From positions 3,509,320-3,573,319 of the forward strand of contig NC_057750.1 of NCBI RefSeq assembly GCF_004010195.1: 64,000 nucleotides of DNA, read 5' to 3'. Made by a program: the position numbers and the translations under genes. The DNA comes from Chiloscyllium plagiosum. Lineage: Eukaryota. The notes below the pieces were generated by a model. The model saw only the letters and a program-made list of their open reading frames with translations. It did not search any database and was not told where the DNA came from. Below, in pieces: positions 12,801-25,629 of the stretch. How positions within the stretch are numbered: position 1 is the first letter of the stretch; the number at the start of each line of letters is the position of its first letter.

Positions 12801-14648
12801 TTCTTATTGCTGTAGAGCATCAAAAATACAGACACCTCTACTAGAAACGGGGCAAAATTTGGGCAGATTTCCTGATCCATATGATTCTCCTAGAAAGAGT
12901 GAGAGGGCATTCAGGTCAAATGGAAGTTCAATCAGGAAAAAAAGTGATACCCTCAATGGTTAAACAGCCTACTAACCATCATGCTTAGATTCACACAATT
13001 AGAATGCTTTTTAAAAGGAGGCTGACAAATGTGGAAGCATGGAATGGATTAAGAGCACAGGTGTGAGTCGTGGAAGTTGGTCGTCAATTTAGAAAAAAAA
13101 ACTGCATATTTTAATTAACGCTTGTGAAAATTGCTTCAATAAATACTGTGACAGGAACAGAAAGTACGACTTGTAATATTTATTTTACATTTGATGGAAT
13201 TTCACAAAAGATATACACAAGCCAGGTGTGAACCATCAGGGTTAACTGCCTGCTCCTTCTCCTCAGAGCCTTGACAGGTTGCACACTGAGATATTGCACC
13301 ACCTCTGGCCATAATCAAGATGTGTCCAAATAAATCTTTCTGAAATAATAACTCACACTGGAAATATGTCAACCCTTGTCCTCCAGCAAGCATAGCTGCA
13401 GGATTCTTTTCCTGCTCCCTTGTCTCATAGCAATTTGTCTCAGACTAAATAGCAACATCTCTGAGATCAGACAGAGGATAAAGTGCAAAAACTATGATTT
13501 GAGACATCATTGTGGTGTTAAAAGTTTTCGTCTATTGAGCCTGTTACACTATTTTCAAACTGTGGCTACTCTAAATATCTTTAATGTCCATATCTACCTT
13601 TACTTCATCTTGCTCTACAATGACATGCCCATCCCTCCTAAACAGCTCACAAGATATATTATTTACTTATTTTAAGATAGTGTTATTGCTTTGGACTTCA
13701 TCAGTCATCTTCTTCTTAGGCAATCACTCAGAATTGAGGATGACTTTGTTCTCTTCTGTTGTTGTGGGCTCTGAGGTGACTGTAGTCCAATGCTGGATCT
13801 GCAAAGTCTGTCACAGTTTTTTTTAATTCACTCGTGGTTTGTAGATACCACTTGCTGGCCAGCATTTATTGCCCGTCTCAACTTGAGAAGATGGTGGTGA
13901 GCTGCCTTCTTGAACCACTGCAGTCCATGTTGGTTGAACCATAATGCCTGAGAGGAGGGATTTTAGAATTTTGACCCAGAATCAGTGAAGGAATGGTTAT
14001 ATATTTCTAAGTCAGAATGGTGATTGGCTTGGAGGGGAACTTGCAAATGGTTTTACCATATATCTGCTGCCCTTGTCTTTCTGGACAGAAGTGGTTGCGG
14101 TATTGGGAGGTGTTGTCTAAGGGTCTTTGGTGGATTTCTGGAGTGCATCTTGTAGATAATACATACTACTGCTATTGAGTGTTAGAGGTGAAGGGAGTGG
14201 ATGCTTCTCAATGTGGTGCCAATCAAGTGGGCTGCTTTGATATCAAGCTTCTTGAATGTTGTTTGAGCTATATTCATACAGATAAGCAGAGAGATTTCCA
14301 TCACATTCCTAACTTGTGCCTTCTAAACAGTGAACAAGCCTTGAGGAGCCAGGAGGTGAGTTACTTGCTGCAGTATTCCCAGACTCTGACCTGTCAGTAT
14401 ATTTATATAGTGAATCCAATTGAGCTTTTGATTAATGGTAAACCCCACATTTGACAGTGGAGGATTCAGTGATGGTAACACCATTGAATATTAAAGATCG
14501 GTGGTTGGATCTTATTGGAGACGGTCATTGCTTAGCATTTGTGTGGCACAAATGTTACTTACCACTTGTCAGCCCAAACCTGGATGCTGTTCAGATCTTG
14601 AATGTGGACTGCTTTAATATCTGAGGAATTGTGAATGGTGGTGAACAA

Positions 14649-15185
14649 GGAAAGGTTGGATAAACTTGGATTATTTTCGCCAGGGGGTCAGAGGCTGAGT
14701 GGCGACCTGATAGAAGTATATAAAATTATGAGGGGCATGGATAGGGTGGATAGTCATAGTCTCTATCCCTGGGTGAAAATGTCAAATGCTAGAGGGTATA
14801 GGTTTAAGATGAGAGAGGGGAAGTTTAAAGGACATGTGCAAGGAAAGGTTTTTTTAACAGAGGGTAGTAGGTGCCTGGAACAGGCTACCAGGGAGGCCGT
14901 AGAAGAAGATATGAAGCAAAGTTTAAGAAGCATTTACACAGACATGAGAACAGGCAGAGAAAATCACAGACCACGTGTAGTCAGTTTGACTTAGTTTAGA
15001 ACAGCATCATGGTTAGCACAGTCGGCTAAAGAGCCCTTCATCAGGAATGAGGGATGCTGCCTGACCTGCTATGCTTTTCCAGCACTACTCTAATCTTGAC
15101 TCTGATCTCCAGCATCTGCAGTCCTCACTTACACCTATGGTGGGCCAAAGAGCCTGTTCCTGTGTTGTATTGATCTATGTTCTTA
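14649..15185 (+). mobile_element. CR1 3' fragment containing a small hammerhead-family insert (~15025-15135)
   Basis: ERLDKLGLFSPGGQRLSGDLIEVYKIMRGMDRVD plus CR1 tail. Confidence 0.85.
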
Positions 15186-15258
15186 ACATGATGTAATCAT
15201 CACCAAACATCCCCACTTCTGACCTTTACTATAGAGGGAAGATCACTGATGAACAGTT

Positions 15259-17067
15259 TGTTAGCCAGGCTGTTGCACAGAAAGAGATGGGGGATCAGTC
15301 AGAGACATACTCCTCAAAATGAGATGTTAGCCAAGAGGCTGCAGAACACAGCAGTGCAGATCACTGATAGGGGCTAGGGATGCTCAGTATAAAAAAAAAC
15401 TGCTGACACACAGGGGAAAACAGTTTGTGAACTGAGAATTACCGGACTCCAGGTACTAACCATATTCTTCAGAAAAGTAAGAAAGATGAAGTAATGCAGA
15501 AGCCTTATTTGAACAAGGGGCAATGAGGTAATGCTACCTAGCTCCTTGGTCTGCAGCCAATAAGGCAAAGACATGCAATTAACAGATGAGCCCGAGCCAA
15601 CGGAAAAAAGACACCACAACTCAAGAAAAATAAGGAAAGAGAATAAAAGAAGGCCCTTTAGGCATACACGCAACGACAACTCTATAGACTCACCATCGCA
15701 AAAGTAAAACCCTGCATCTGGGAGACGTGGAGAGAGAGACCAGTGTGTGGCCAGCATCAGTCTTCCTCAGCAGCAGCAAAACAGTTTTCCAGATCTTTTA
15801 TATTCTATGACTACTCAGAGAGTCATGATGTGGAGGTGTCAGTGTTGGACTGGGGTGGACAAAGTTAAAAATCACAACACCAGGTTATAGTCCAACAGGT
15901 TTATTTGGAAGTACTGGCTTTCAGAGCACTGCTCCTTCATCAAGTAACTAGTGGAGCAGGATCATAAGTCACAGAATTTATAGCACAAGATTCTAGTGTC
16001 ATGCAATTAAAATGATATAGCAAACAAAGCTAGATTGCTGTTAAGTCTTTCATCTTTTAGAATGTGTTGCTGGTTTCAGTTCATTAGTATGTAAATCCCA
16101 GAACTTCTTTTAAGTCACATTCTCAAGATAACTTAAGGTTTTATTTTTTAAAAATGACATATCAGCGCAGATAATGTATTAAAGGTGTGAGGTTAGAGTC
16201 TGTCTGTATCCCAATCCTGAGTCGGACTGGTTCTATTTCCAAAGTAGGAATTTATCAAATGTTATATGGATTGACTGCCTGCATTGACTACCTGCAAAAA
16301 TAGAATGTATCTGCAAATACAATTCTGCAAATGCAAATTCACCCCATAGACTTGTGTGTGTGTGTGTGGGAGAGAGAGAGATTGCATGTGTGCATGCTTG
16401 GTAGAATGTGTGAGCAAGTGTGATGGAGTATAAGCCTGTGAGAGGGTGTGAGGGTGGGTGAGAGTTTGGGCAGGGTATATGTGTGTGTGTCTGAGAGAGA
16501 GCTCGTGCACGAGAGAGGGTCTGTGGGAGTGTAAGAGTGTGTGTTTGTGTGCTTGTGTGTGTGAGAATGTGTATAGTGTAGTGGGGTCACCTATAGTGTG
16601 ACATGAACCTAAGGTCCCGGTTGAAGCAATCCTCATGGGTACTGAAGTTGGCTATCAGCCTCTGCTCGGCCACTCTGTGTTGTTGCATATCCTGGAGGAT
16701 GGTCACCCGAGACCATATGTCCCTGTCCGCTGAAATGTTCCCCAAATGGGAGGGAACATTCCCGTCTGGTGATTGTTGCGCGGTGCCCATTCATCTGTTG
16801 TAGTAATGTCTGCTTGGTCCCTACTCAGAGTGTTAGAGGACTTGAGTGGGTGTATAAATAGGCTGTTAATTAAATTTGTGCGAAAATATATAAGCTCTAG
16901 TTTGTAATAGAACGCATAAGAAATGAGTGCATGGTTTAATACATTAAAAAAGTAACTTGTCAGGTTATAAGAATTGACTCCTCTCTGCACATACCAGCAA
17001 GTTGCAGCTAGCAATTGCAGGACTCAGATAGCAGCTGGTGGTTGCCAGGCTCAAACAAGCATCAACA
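15259..17067. mobile_element. Solo LTR (~0.8 kb after removing the nested Penelope)
   Basis: TGTT...AACA termini, near-TSD agtt/agct, and it interrupts the host LINE precisely. Confidence 0.6.
15821..16820 (-). mobile_element. Penelope-like element 3' portion with CA-rich tract and degenerate hammerhead
   Basis: Endonuclease-like C-terminus RVAEQRLIANFSTHEDCFNRDLRFMSHY. TSD ctactcagag at 15811-15820 and 16821-16830. Same terminus as 39312-39437. Confidence 0.8.
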
Positions 17068-17314
17068 AGCTAAAGATGGCTGGGGCCAGGACACTACCCT
17101 GATGAACTCCTGCAGAGCTATCCTGGAGCTGAACTGATTGACCTTCAACAACCACAACCATCTTCCTATGTGCCAGGTATGACTCCAATCAGTGGAGAGT
17201 TTATCCCTGATTCTCACTGATTCCAGTCTTGCTAGGGTGCCTTGATGCCACTCTTGATGCAGCCTTGATGTCAAGCAGCACACGCTATGTGCTGGAGTGT
17301 GGATGGGTAGGATG

Positions 17315-17795
17315 CTCAGGCTACTGCATGGAAACAGATCCTTTGGTCTATGCTGAATCCATCTATGCTGAACAGATATCCTAAATTAATCCAGTCCCAT
17401 TTATCAGCATTTGGCCCATATCCCTCTAAATCCTTCCAATTTGTGTACCTATTTAGATCCCTTTTAAATGTTGTAATTGTACCAGCCTTCACCACTTCTT
17501 TTGGAAGCTTACTCCATACATGCATCACCCTCTGCTTGACGAAGGTGCCCTTTAGGTCCCTTTTAAATTTTTCCCCTTTCACCATAAACCTATGCCCTCC
17601 AGTTTTGGACTCTCCCCACACTGGGAAAAAGACCGTGGCTACTCACCCTACCCATGCCCATCATGATGTTATAAGCCTCTTTATGATCACCCTTCAGCCT
17701 CCAATGCTTCAGGAAAAATAAGCCCCAGCCTATTCAGCCTCTCCCTTTAGCTCAAACCCTCTAACCCTAACAACATCTTTGTAAATCTTTTATGT
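17315..17795 (-). mobile_element. CR1 3' fragment
   Basis: ESKTGGHRFMVKGEKFKRDLKG..QRVMHVWSKLPKEVV. Confidence 0.88.
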
Positions 17796-19288
17796 TGAAA
17801 AAGAGAGGGCTGACTTGGTAGAGGTATTTACAATTATGAGATGGTTTGATACAGAGGATGCAAACAGAATGTTTGTTCTTGTGGGAAAGATCATAACTAG
17901 AGACTGCCAAATTACATAGTCACCAAAATACAAAAAGCCAATAGGGATTCAGAGGAAAATTGTTCAGCCAGAGAGCAGTGAGAATGAGGAGCTCACCCCT
18001 TTCTGTTGGTGACACTTAAAACTGTTGGCATCCTTTCAGATTGAACAGTTTTTTTTGGCCAGAATATTTTGCAAAAGTCATCTCCTGAAATTGAAATCAA
18101 TCTTTCAAATGATAGTTCTTGTTTCAGCAGCTCCATGGGATTGTATAAAATGATTTAAATTGATTGCATAATTAAGCAGAAAATTAGCAGCTGAAATACT
18201 GATAAGTATGAAGCACTTTCTCATGAGCTTTGTGGTGTATTCATGGTAACCCTACCTTTTCAAGGCCTGGATTCAAGTCTCACCTATTCCAGAGGTGTAT
18301 AATAACATTTCTGAACAGGTTGTTTAAAAAATAGGTTGTTTTTTTAAAATTTAGCATTTTCTGTTGGAATTGAGATGAACTGAAAAATGGAGACATGAGA
18401 AAAGGATCCAGAGTAAATGTAGACAATATATCCAGGCAAATAGAACACTCAGAGATATAATCAGATAGTACAGTGTAAGTTTTTGGAAGCCATATTGGGC
18501 TTCACAATGTAAAAATTAGATCTCATCTAGAATACAGTCCCCTACCAAGTAGTTCCATTCACCATACTACAAAAAGCAGATATGAGGTACATGCAGAGAC
18601 ATCCAACAAGGCTAATCCAAAGCCAAAAGGGGAAGAGCATTGTGGAAAAATAAGTCTACAGATGAGAAAAACTTAAGTGGTTTTTAAATATTAAGTTGTA
18701 TGGCTAGGTTAAATCTTGAAGATTGTTTCATAAATGTGGCAGAGCAAAACAGGACAAAAGGCCATAAATAAATGCAAAATAACTTAAAAATTGATAGCTG
18801 AATTAGAATAAGAATTTTAACCTAAATGTGGAATAGTATAGGCAAGAATATCAGAGGCATTTTAAATTTTCCAGAATTAAACAAATATAATATGAGAAAC
18901 TGGTTCTGAGCAAAGAAATTATCTTCTTTCAGCTTTTGATTTTTCTACATATTGTCTTAAATGAGAGCAATTTCCTACAGCTGAATTTTAAGAAAGGTGG
19001 CAACATCTTGTTCAACTTCAACCATAGACCCTTCAATTTTCCATTATCTCCATAATTAACTGCTATCTTTTGGATCTCTCATCCTAATTATTTTGTCTCA
19101 CCATCTCCCTCATTTAAGTCTTTGGAAGAAATTGTATTAAATTGTGTCATCCATGACTTCAGGATATCCAAAACTGCCTTTCAAACAATCAAATACTATT
19201 GAAGCATAGTCACTGTTGCAATGTAGGAAGTGCAACAGTCAAGTTACACACTGTAAGCTCTCACAGCTGAAATAAAACAACGACCAAA

Positions 19289-19589
19289 CAGAATCATAGA
19301 ATCCCTACAGTGTGGAAACAGGCCATTCGGCCCTACAAGTCCACACTGGTCCTCTGAAGAGTAACCACCCAGACCCATTCCCCTACTACTCTACATTTAC
19401 CCCTAACTAATACATTAAACATATCCCTGAACACTATGGGCAATTTAGCATGGCTAATTCACCTAACCTGCACATCTTTGGACTGTGGGAGGAAACCAGA
19501 GCAGTCGGAAGAAACCCACGCAGACATGGGCAGAATGTGCAAACTCCACACAGACAGTCAGCTGAGGCTGGAATTGAATCCGGGACCCT
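19289..19589 (-). mobile_element. HE1/V-SINE, 5'-truncated, inserted in an older Deu-type SINE (19110-19820)
   Basis: V-domain (gtgtggagtttgcacattctgcccatgtctgcgtgggtttc in reverse complement) and CR1-like tail. Confidence 0.85.
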
Positions 19590-21788
19590 TTATGTTTTCA
19601 TATGCAGTATAATGTTTGATTTTCCAGCACACAGGGAATTGTTTACACACCTCACAAAACAGACAGGAATTTAGTTTAATGTATCACCAGAAGGTCAGCA
19701 CCTACTCTATATTTCAGTGCCATTTCAGTTTAAGTAAATTATGGTATCAAATTTTTGAGGTGGAGCTTAAACCCATAACATTCTGACACAATGGTTAAAA
19801 AAAAGTACACTGAGCTGACAAGCATATAAAAATGAAAATTAGAGAATGTTTAAAATTAAGCAGTATGGTTAGCATGTTAATATTCCTGTCTCAACTAGTG
19901 CCATAAACAAAAACTGATTAATCTGCCATTAATTTCATTACACTGTGTGAAGATTTAATGTGTGCAAAATGGCTGCTGTATTTATTCAAAATCACCGCAT
20001 TACATAATTAGTTTTACTGAAGCATTTTGGGCATTTCCAACAGATATTGCAAGCCACAAAATTATTAAACAACTGCCCTCACTTTCTCTGCTTTCAGACC
20101 TAGTATTCATAGACAGGACAGTTCACTCATTAAAAATAATCATCTTTTACGAAGTCCAAATTAGGCTTTGCTACTCCGATCCTAGGTAATTCATACTTTA
20201 TTTTGCATATAAATAATTAAAATAACACATTTTTGTATTTATAATATGACCTCCAGTACAAAATTAATGCTGAAGTGGAGTCTAATTATTGAGCCAAGGT
20301 ACAAACATTTCAAATTTTCCCTTTTTCACTTTGCATCTTCACATCCTAATCCAAGTGTACTGTTTCCTGGCAGGGCTAACAAAATTGAAGTATAATTTTA
20401 TAAAGATTATGCTAATTTGTGCAGCCTGCTACTAAGTATGAATTGTGTTATTATATTTCCTGCTGTTGTATCCTCCATGCCAATTGTTTTGTTTTCAAGT
20501 CTCCAGCAATAGGTTTCTGAAATGGCTGCTACAAAGTGCATAACTGAGATTCTCAGGTGACTTTTTTCGTGTAGTTTTGCCTTTCTCTTTTGGGTCATAG
20601 CAATTGCTGAGTGAAAAAACATACTGTCCATCTAGTTTGTCTTTACAGCCATAATGATGCCATAACAATGACAGCTGTTGACCGATCATGGCAAACAATC
20701 TCTATTAATGAAGGCCAGAACAGATCCAGACATGAAGCATGAAAAACCCCAGTGATGGAGGGGTTGGAAACCACAGCTTCTAACTCACCATTACCCTCCA
20801 AAGTTTGCTACATTTAGCATGTTTCATGTCTCAAGATTATTTGCATAACCTATTCCAAAATACTATTTTCCAAAAGACACATACTATCTGGGTTTCACTC
20901 TGTTCCTAGTTTTTAAAAAAACACATTCTAATGGGAGTATTGTTCTAAAAATGCTTTGAGGTTGTTTAATCCTTGTATACTTTTAAAATTTCTCAAAAAC
21001 TAAAAAAAAGTTAAAGAATATTTATAAAGAAACTGCAAAGCTTTAAGTTGCTTTGCAGTCTCTGAATTAATTCTGTGAAATGGACTCAGTCAATGTAACC
21101 TCTTTTCTGGGGTATGTGGGCATTTTAAACCTTTTGTTGCAACAAAGAATCCAAACAATGGTGTGAGAATGAAACCCACAAACTTCTCAGAAATGAGAGC
21201 GATATCAATTCATACAAAATTAGACTTCGCATCTTAAAGCATTTTTAAAAATGGTTAACTGTAATTGTTACGTTGACAGACTCCATAAATATCTTATTTC
21301 CTTTGTTCCTTATCAAACTTCAAGTGAGCTGGAAAATATCTGCAACACATAAAATTCTATTAATGACTAGCCAATCTGATAATGTTTATTGAAAAAAGAA
21401 GGTTGGCCGGGCAAGAAGTTCTTACAGAGGTAGGCTATGTGTTTTGCATAAAAACACAGCTGATAGTAAAACCACTGAAGAAAAACCTGGGAGATGCATG
21501 CTCTCACCTTAACAATGCTACAATTTGATATTCTCCTCAGCCTGACCTAGTAACCTTCACTTGTTAGAAAGAAGGTGTATATCATGGTTCCTTTTCTTGA
21601 TTATAAACTAATGGTCTCTGCAGGAAAGTGTATGGACATGAGCGTAAGATTGGGGTGGAGAGTTATAGCATCATACAGCACAGAAACAGACCTTTCAGTG
21701 TAACTAGTCCAAGCGGACCATGTTCCCAAATTAAACTAATCCCACTTGCCTGTGTTTGGCCCATATGTCTCCAAACCTTTCCTTTACA

Positions 21789-22090
21789 TAGAATCCCTAC
21801 AGTGTGGAAGCAGGCCATTCAGCCCATCAAGCCCACTACATTGCAGTAACCATACATTTCCCATGGCTAATCCATCTAGCCTGAACACTAAGAGTAATTT
21901 AACATGGCCAATCCACTTAACCTGCACATCTTTCGACTTAAGAGGAAACTGGAGCACCTAGAAGAAACCCACACGTATACAAGGGGAACATGCAAACTCC
22001 ACATAGACAGTTGCCTGAGGCTGGAATTGAACCTGGATGCCTAGCACTGTGAAGCAACAGTGCTAACCACTGAGCCCACTGTGCCATCTC
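21789..22090 (-). mobile_element. HE1/V-SINE
   Basis: tRNA-like head, V-domain and CR1 tail, homologous to 49841-50130. Confidence 0.85.
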
Positions 22091-22179
22091 CATAGAATCC
22101 AGCAGTGCAGCTAGAGGCTATTCAGTCCATTCTGCGCTGAACCTCTGAACAGTATCCCACCCTATCCCCGTAACCCCAT

Positions 22180-22720
22180 TCGTGTACTAATCCAAATATC
22201 TTTTAAATGTTGTAACTGCACCTGCATCCATCACTTTCTCTGGCAGTTCATTCCAAACTTGAACCACTCTCTGTGTAAAAACATTGTCCCTTATGACCTT
22301 TTTAAAAGTTTCTCCTCTCACTTTGAAACTATATCCCCTAGTTTTGAACTCCCCTACCCTAAGGAGAAGACCCTTGCTATTCACCTAATCTATGGCTCTC
22401 ATGATTTTATAAACCTCCATAAGGTCATCCCTCAAAGCCCTACACTCTAGTGAAAGAAGTGCCGGCCTATCCACCCTCTCCTGATAACACAAACGCCCCC
22501 TGCAAATTCCTAATAAATCCTTTCTGAACCCTCTTCAAATTAATAATGTCCTTCCTAAAGCAGGGCAAACAGAACTGCATATAGTACTCCAAAACAGGCC
22601 TCACAAATATCCTGTATAACCCCAACATGACATCCCAACTCCTATACGCAAAGGTCTGAGCAATGAAGGCAAACATGCTAAATGCCTTCTTAACCACCCT
22701 GTGATGCAAATTTCAAAGTT
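22180..22720 (-). mobile_element. CR1 3' fragment
   Basis: VVKKAFSMFAFI..YRSWDVMLGLY..VRPVLEY; EFKTRGYSFKVRGE. Confidence 0.88.
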
Positions 22721-22914
22721 GATGTAATGCTCTTAACGTTCCCTATCTACTCTTTTTAAATAAATAAAAATAACTTGGACATTAAAAAAAAGGTTAATGG
22801 AAACATTCAGGTTTTTCACATCTGAAGCATAGCTCTACTTCTGTTAATGACATTGTTAAGGCTAAGTATAAACAGGTGGAAATCACTTATTAACTAAGTA
22901 TCTTGAGGTTCTTG

Positions 22915-24060
22915 GGGACTCTTATGGTGCAATGGTAGGGGGTATAATGTCTATCCAACTGGTACCCTGTACTGTTTGTACCAAACCACTCAAGGCTCTT
23001 GTGGCACAGAGTAGTGTCCTTGACTCTTGGTCAGGACGTCCTGGTTCAAGTCCCACATGCTGCAGAGGTATATGACAATGTCTTTCAACAGGTCGGTTAA
23101 AAAAGATTGAGGCTCTTGAGGGCAGGTGTAGTGATAATGTTACTTGGTTCGTAATCCAGAGTGCCAAATTAATACTCTGTTTGACATGTTTGCTCTGCTC
23201 ACATGGCAAATGGTGAAATTTGAATTCAGTAAAACTAAATCTTGAAGAACAATGGTACTTCTGGGCCAGGAGGCCTGGTTCAAGTCCCATTGCTCCAGAG
23301 ATGTGTCATAATATCTCTGACCAAGTTGATTAGGAAGTTTATTATCCATCTCGTTGCCCCAGAGGGTAATTAAGTATCAACCACATTGCTATGTGATCTG
23401 GACTCACATGTAGGCCAGACCAGGTAAGGACTGCAGTTTCCTTCCCTGAAGTACATCAGTGAACCAGATGGTTATTTATTGACAATTGACAGTGATTACA
23501 TAGTCATCATTGGACTCTAAATTCTAGGTTTTTTTTAATTGAATTCAAGTGCCACCAACTGCTATAGTAGGATTCAAACACAGGTCCCCAGGTCATTACC
23601 TTGAACTCTGGCTTAATAGTTGAGCAATAATGCCATGGTCTATCATCTCTCCAAACAACATCTTTGAATCGATTGATTAGAAAATATTTATTTCTGAACA
23701 CATACAGACCTTTTGTGGTACGGTCGTTACCTTTAAGCCAGAAGGCCTGGAGGTGTATAGTGCAATGGCAATATTCCTACATTTGGGTCAGAAGGCCTGG
23801 GTTCAAGCCACTGCTCTAGAGGTGTGTCTTAATATGTCTGAACAGGCTGTTAATGAATGTAATATCTTGAGCACATATTAAAAAGAGATCGATGACACAG
23901 TGCTAATATCACTGAACAATTAATAGTGAAACCCAGACTTGCCCCTTTAAGGACAGATTGTTTAGTAAATCTGGTTTATTGATACTGTACTGAAGTGGCT
24001 TAGTGAGTAGGTTTCCTATTTCTGAGCCATAAGGTCCTCGGTTCAACTTTCATGCCAGGA
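22915..24060 (+). mobile_element. Cluster of short tRNA-derived SINE copies, with an antisense SINE at 23360-23640
   Basis: Repeated ggttcaag(t)cc..gctccagagg(a)tgtgtc units at about 22994, 23259 and 23755, with partial heads at 22915, 23707 and 23995. Confidence 0.6.
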
Positions 24061-24179
24061 CACTTGCTCCTGCATTACTGTAAATCACATCACTGAGCTT
24101 CTTGCCTAATGATCTAACAACATGAGTTCTGTCCATGTAAAGGCTGCTAATTTGTTAAGTTGTTTATTTAAGAGTGTAA

Positions 24180-24373
24180 GGTACAGTAACTGTCGTCTTA
24201 CCAGATCATAGGGTTGATCTCCCATTAGAGAGAAACTGATGGTGGTGATTTAATCTGAGGGTCACCATTTCTGAGGTAAGGGGAGTCCTTCGTGGTAACC
24301 TCAGCCAGTGTGGGAATTGAACCCACACTGTTAGTATCCCTCTACATCACAAACCAGCGATCCAACGTCCATT
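24180..24373 (-). mobile_element. tRNA-derived SINE
   Basis: Reverse B-box gggaattgaaccc. Putative TSD agagtgtaa at 24171-24179 and 24374-24382. Confidence 0.65.
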
Positions 24374-24401
24374 AGAGTGTAAAAAGATATTGATGTAAGT
24401 T

Positions 24402-25078
24402 CATTCAATGTAACTCCAAGCCCATCCGTCTTCTGTGACGGGAACAAGGTCACTGGACTCAGAACATTAAGGCTGTTTACTCTTCACAGATGCTGACAGA
24501 CAAGCTCAATTTCTCCAGCAATTTCCACTTTTTTTTCAGGAAAAGGACTTGTATCTGTAGTTCACAATATGGCTTCAGAGTCATTTAACAAACACAACTT
24601 TTTAACAGGACATTCAGATATCAACAGTTGGCAACTCTGCACGTTTAAGACCATAAGACATAGGAGCGGAAGTAAGGCCATTCGGCCCATCGAGTCCACT
24701 CCACCATTCAATCATGGCTGATGAGCATTTCAACTCCACTTACCCGCATTATCCCCGTAGCCCTTAATTCCTTGTGACATCAAGAATTTATCAATTTCTG
24801 CCTTGAAGACATTTAGCGTCCCAGCCTCCACTGCACTCTGCGGCAATGAATTCCACAGGCCCACCACTCTCTGGTGAATACAATCCTAGGATCCTCAGCC
24901 GTTCCTCATATGTTAGACCTACCATTCCAGGGATCATTCAATGTAACTCCAAGCCCATCCGTCTTCTGTGACGGAAACAGGGTCACTGGACTCAGAACAT
25001 TAAGGCTGTTTACTCTTCATAGATGCTGACAGACAAGCTCAATTTCTCCAGCAATTTCCACTTTTTTTTCAGGAAAAA
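24402..25078 (+). repeat. ~143-bp direct duplication (24402-24545 and 24935-25078) around a CR1 3' fragment
   Basis: Near-identical cattcaatgtaactcc...ttttcaggaaaa. The CR1 fragment lies at 24646-24935 (-). Confidence 0.92.
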
Positions 25079-25629
25079 AAAGGTTTGCAGGGTTTTTTCA
25101 GGGTTTGCAATACGGTTGTGTCGACTTCACAATTAACTGTAAAGTACAGTGCAAAGTGTTCTGGTCTTTCAGCAGATATCTACTAAATGGTGAGTTCTGG
25201 GAACAGCACATGGTAGAGACACGAGACACCATAGAGACAGGGTAGGTAACTAATGCAGTGAGTTCGTAAGATACTGTGAGAAAACCCAATAGGGCTTGTA
25301 GTGGCAATCCCTTTAAAAAACATGACACAACTCTGATTTGGCTGAGAAAGTAAGATTCAGTCCTATCTCTTTCTTTACATACACAATAAAATTCTGCATA
25401 TAATCCATGGGAGCAATATCCTGTATTCCTGTGAAAACGGTCTTTAGGGATGGAGTAAAGCCAAAATGTTCAAACTGAATATGCAGCAACAGGCTTGATT
25501 AGCCTTAAGGCTACAGGTCACATATGTCCTCTTCCTCTGCAAATAAGCAATTGCTCTAGACAATATACAATGGCAAAAAACACCATCTTCACTCCACCAC
25601 CCCCAACCTGTCCCTAAGACGTTTACAAT

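Larger units (their letters stand above)
13825..17280 (-). mobile_element. Second-family CR1/L2-group LINE 3' portion split by nested insertions (segments 13825-14648, 15185-15258, 17068-17280)
   Basis: The segments are colinear with the contiguous copy at 40860-41880. Confidence 0.75.

Noticed and set aside
16262..16636. His/Thr-rich proteins
   Set aside because: They are translations of a degenerate (CA)n/(TG)n tract in a Penelope-like 3' region.
23896..23930. V(D)J recombination signal (CACAGTG)
   Set aside because: No nonamer at 12 or 23 bp spacing and no Ig/TCR segment nearby.
22915..24060. CRISPR-like array
   Set aside because: The units are diverged, irregularly spaced SINE heads in eukaryotic DNA, with no cas genes.
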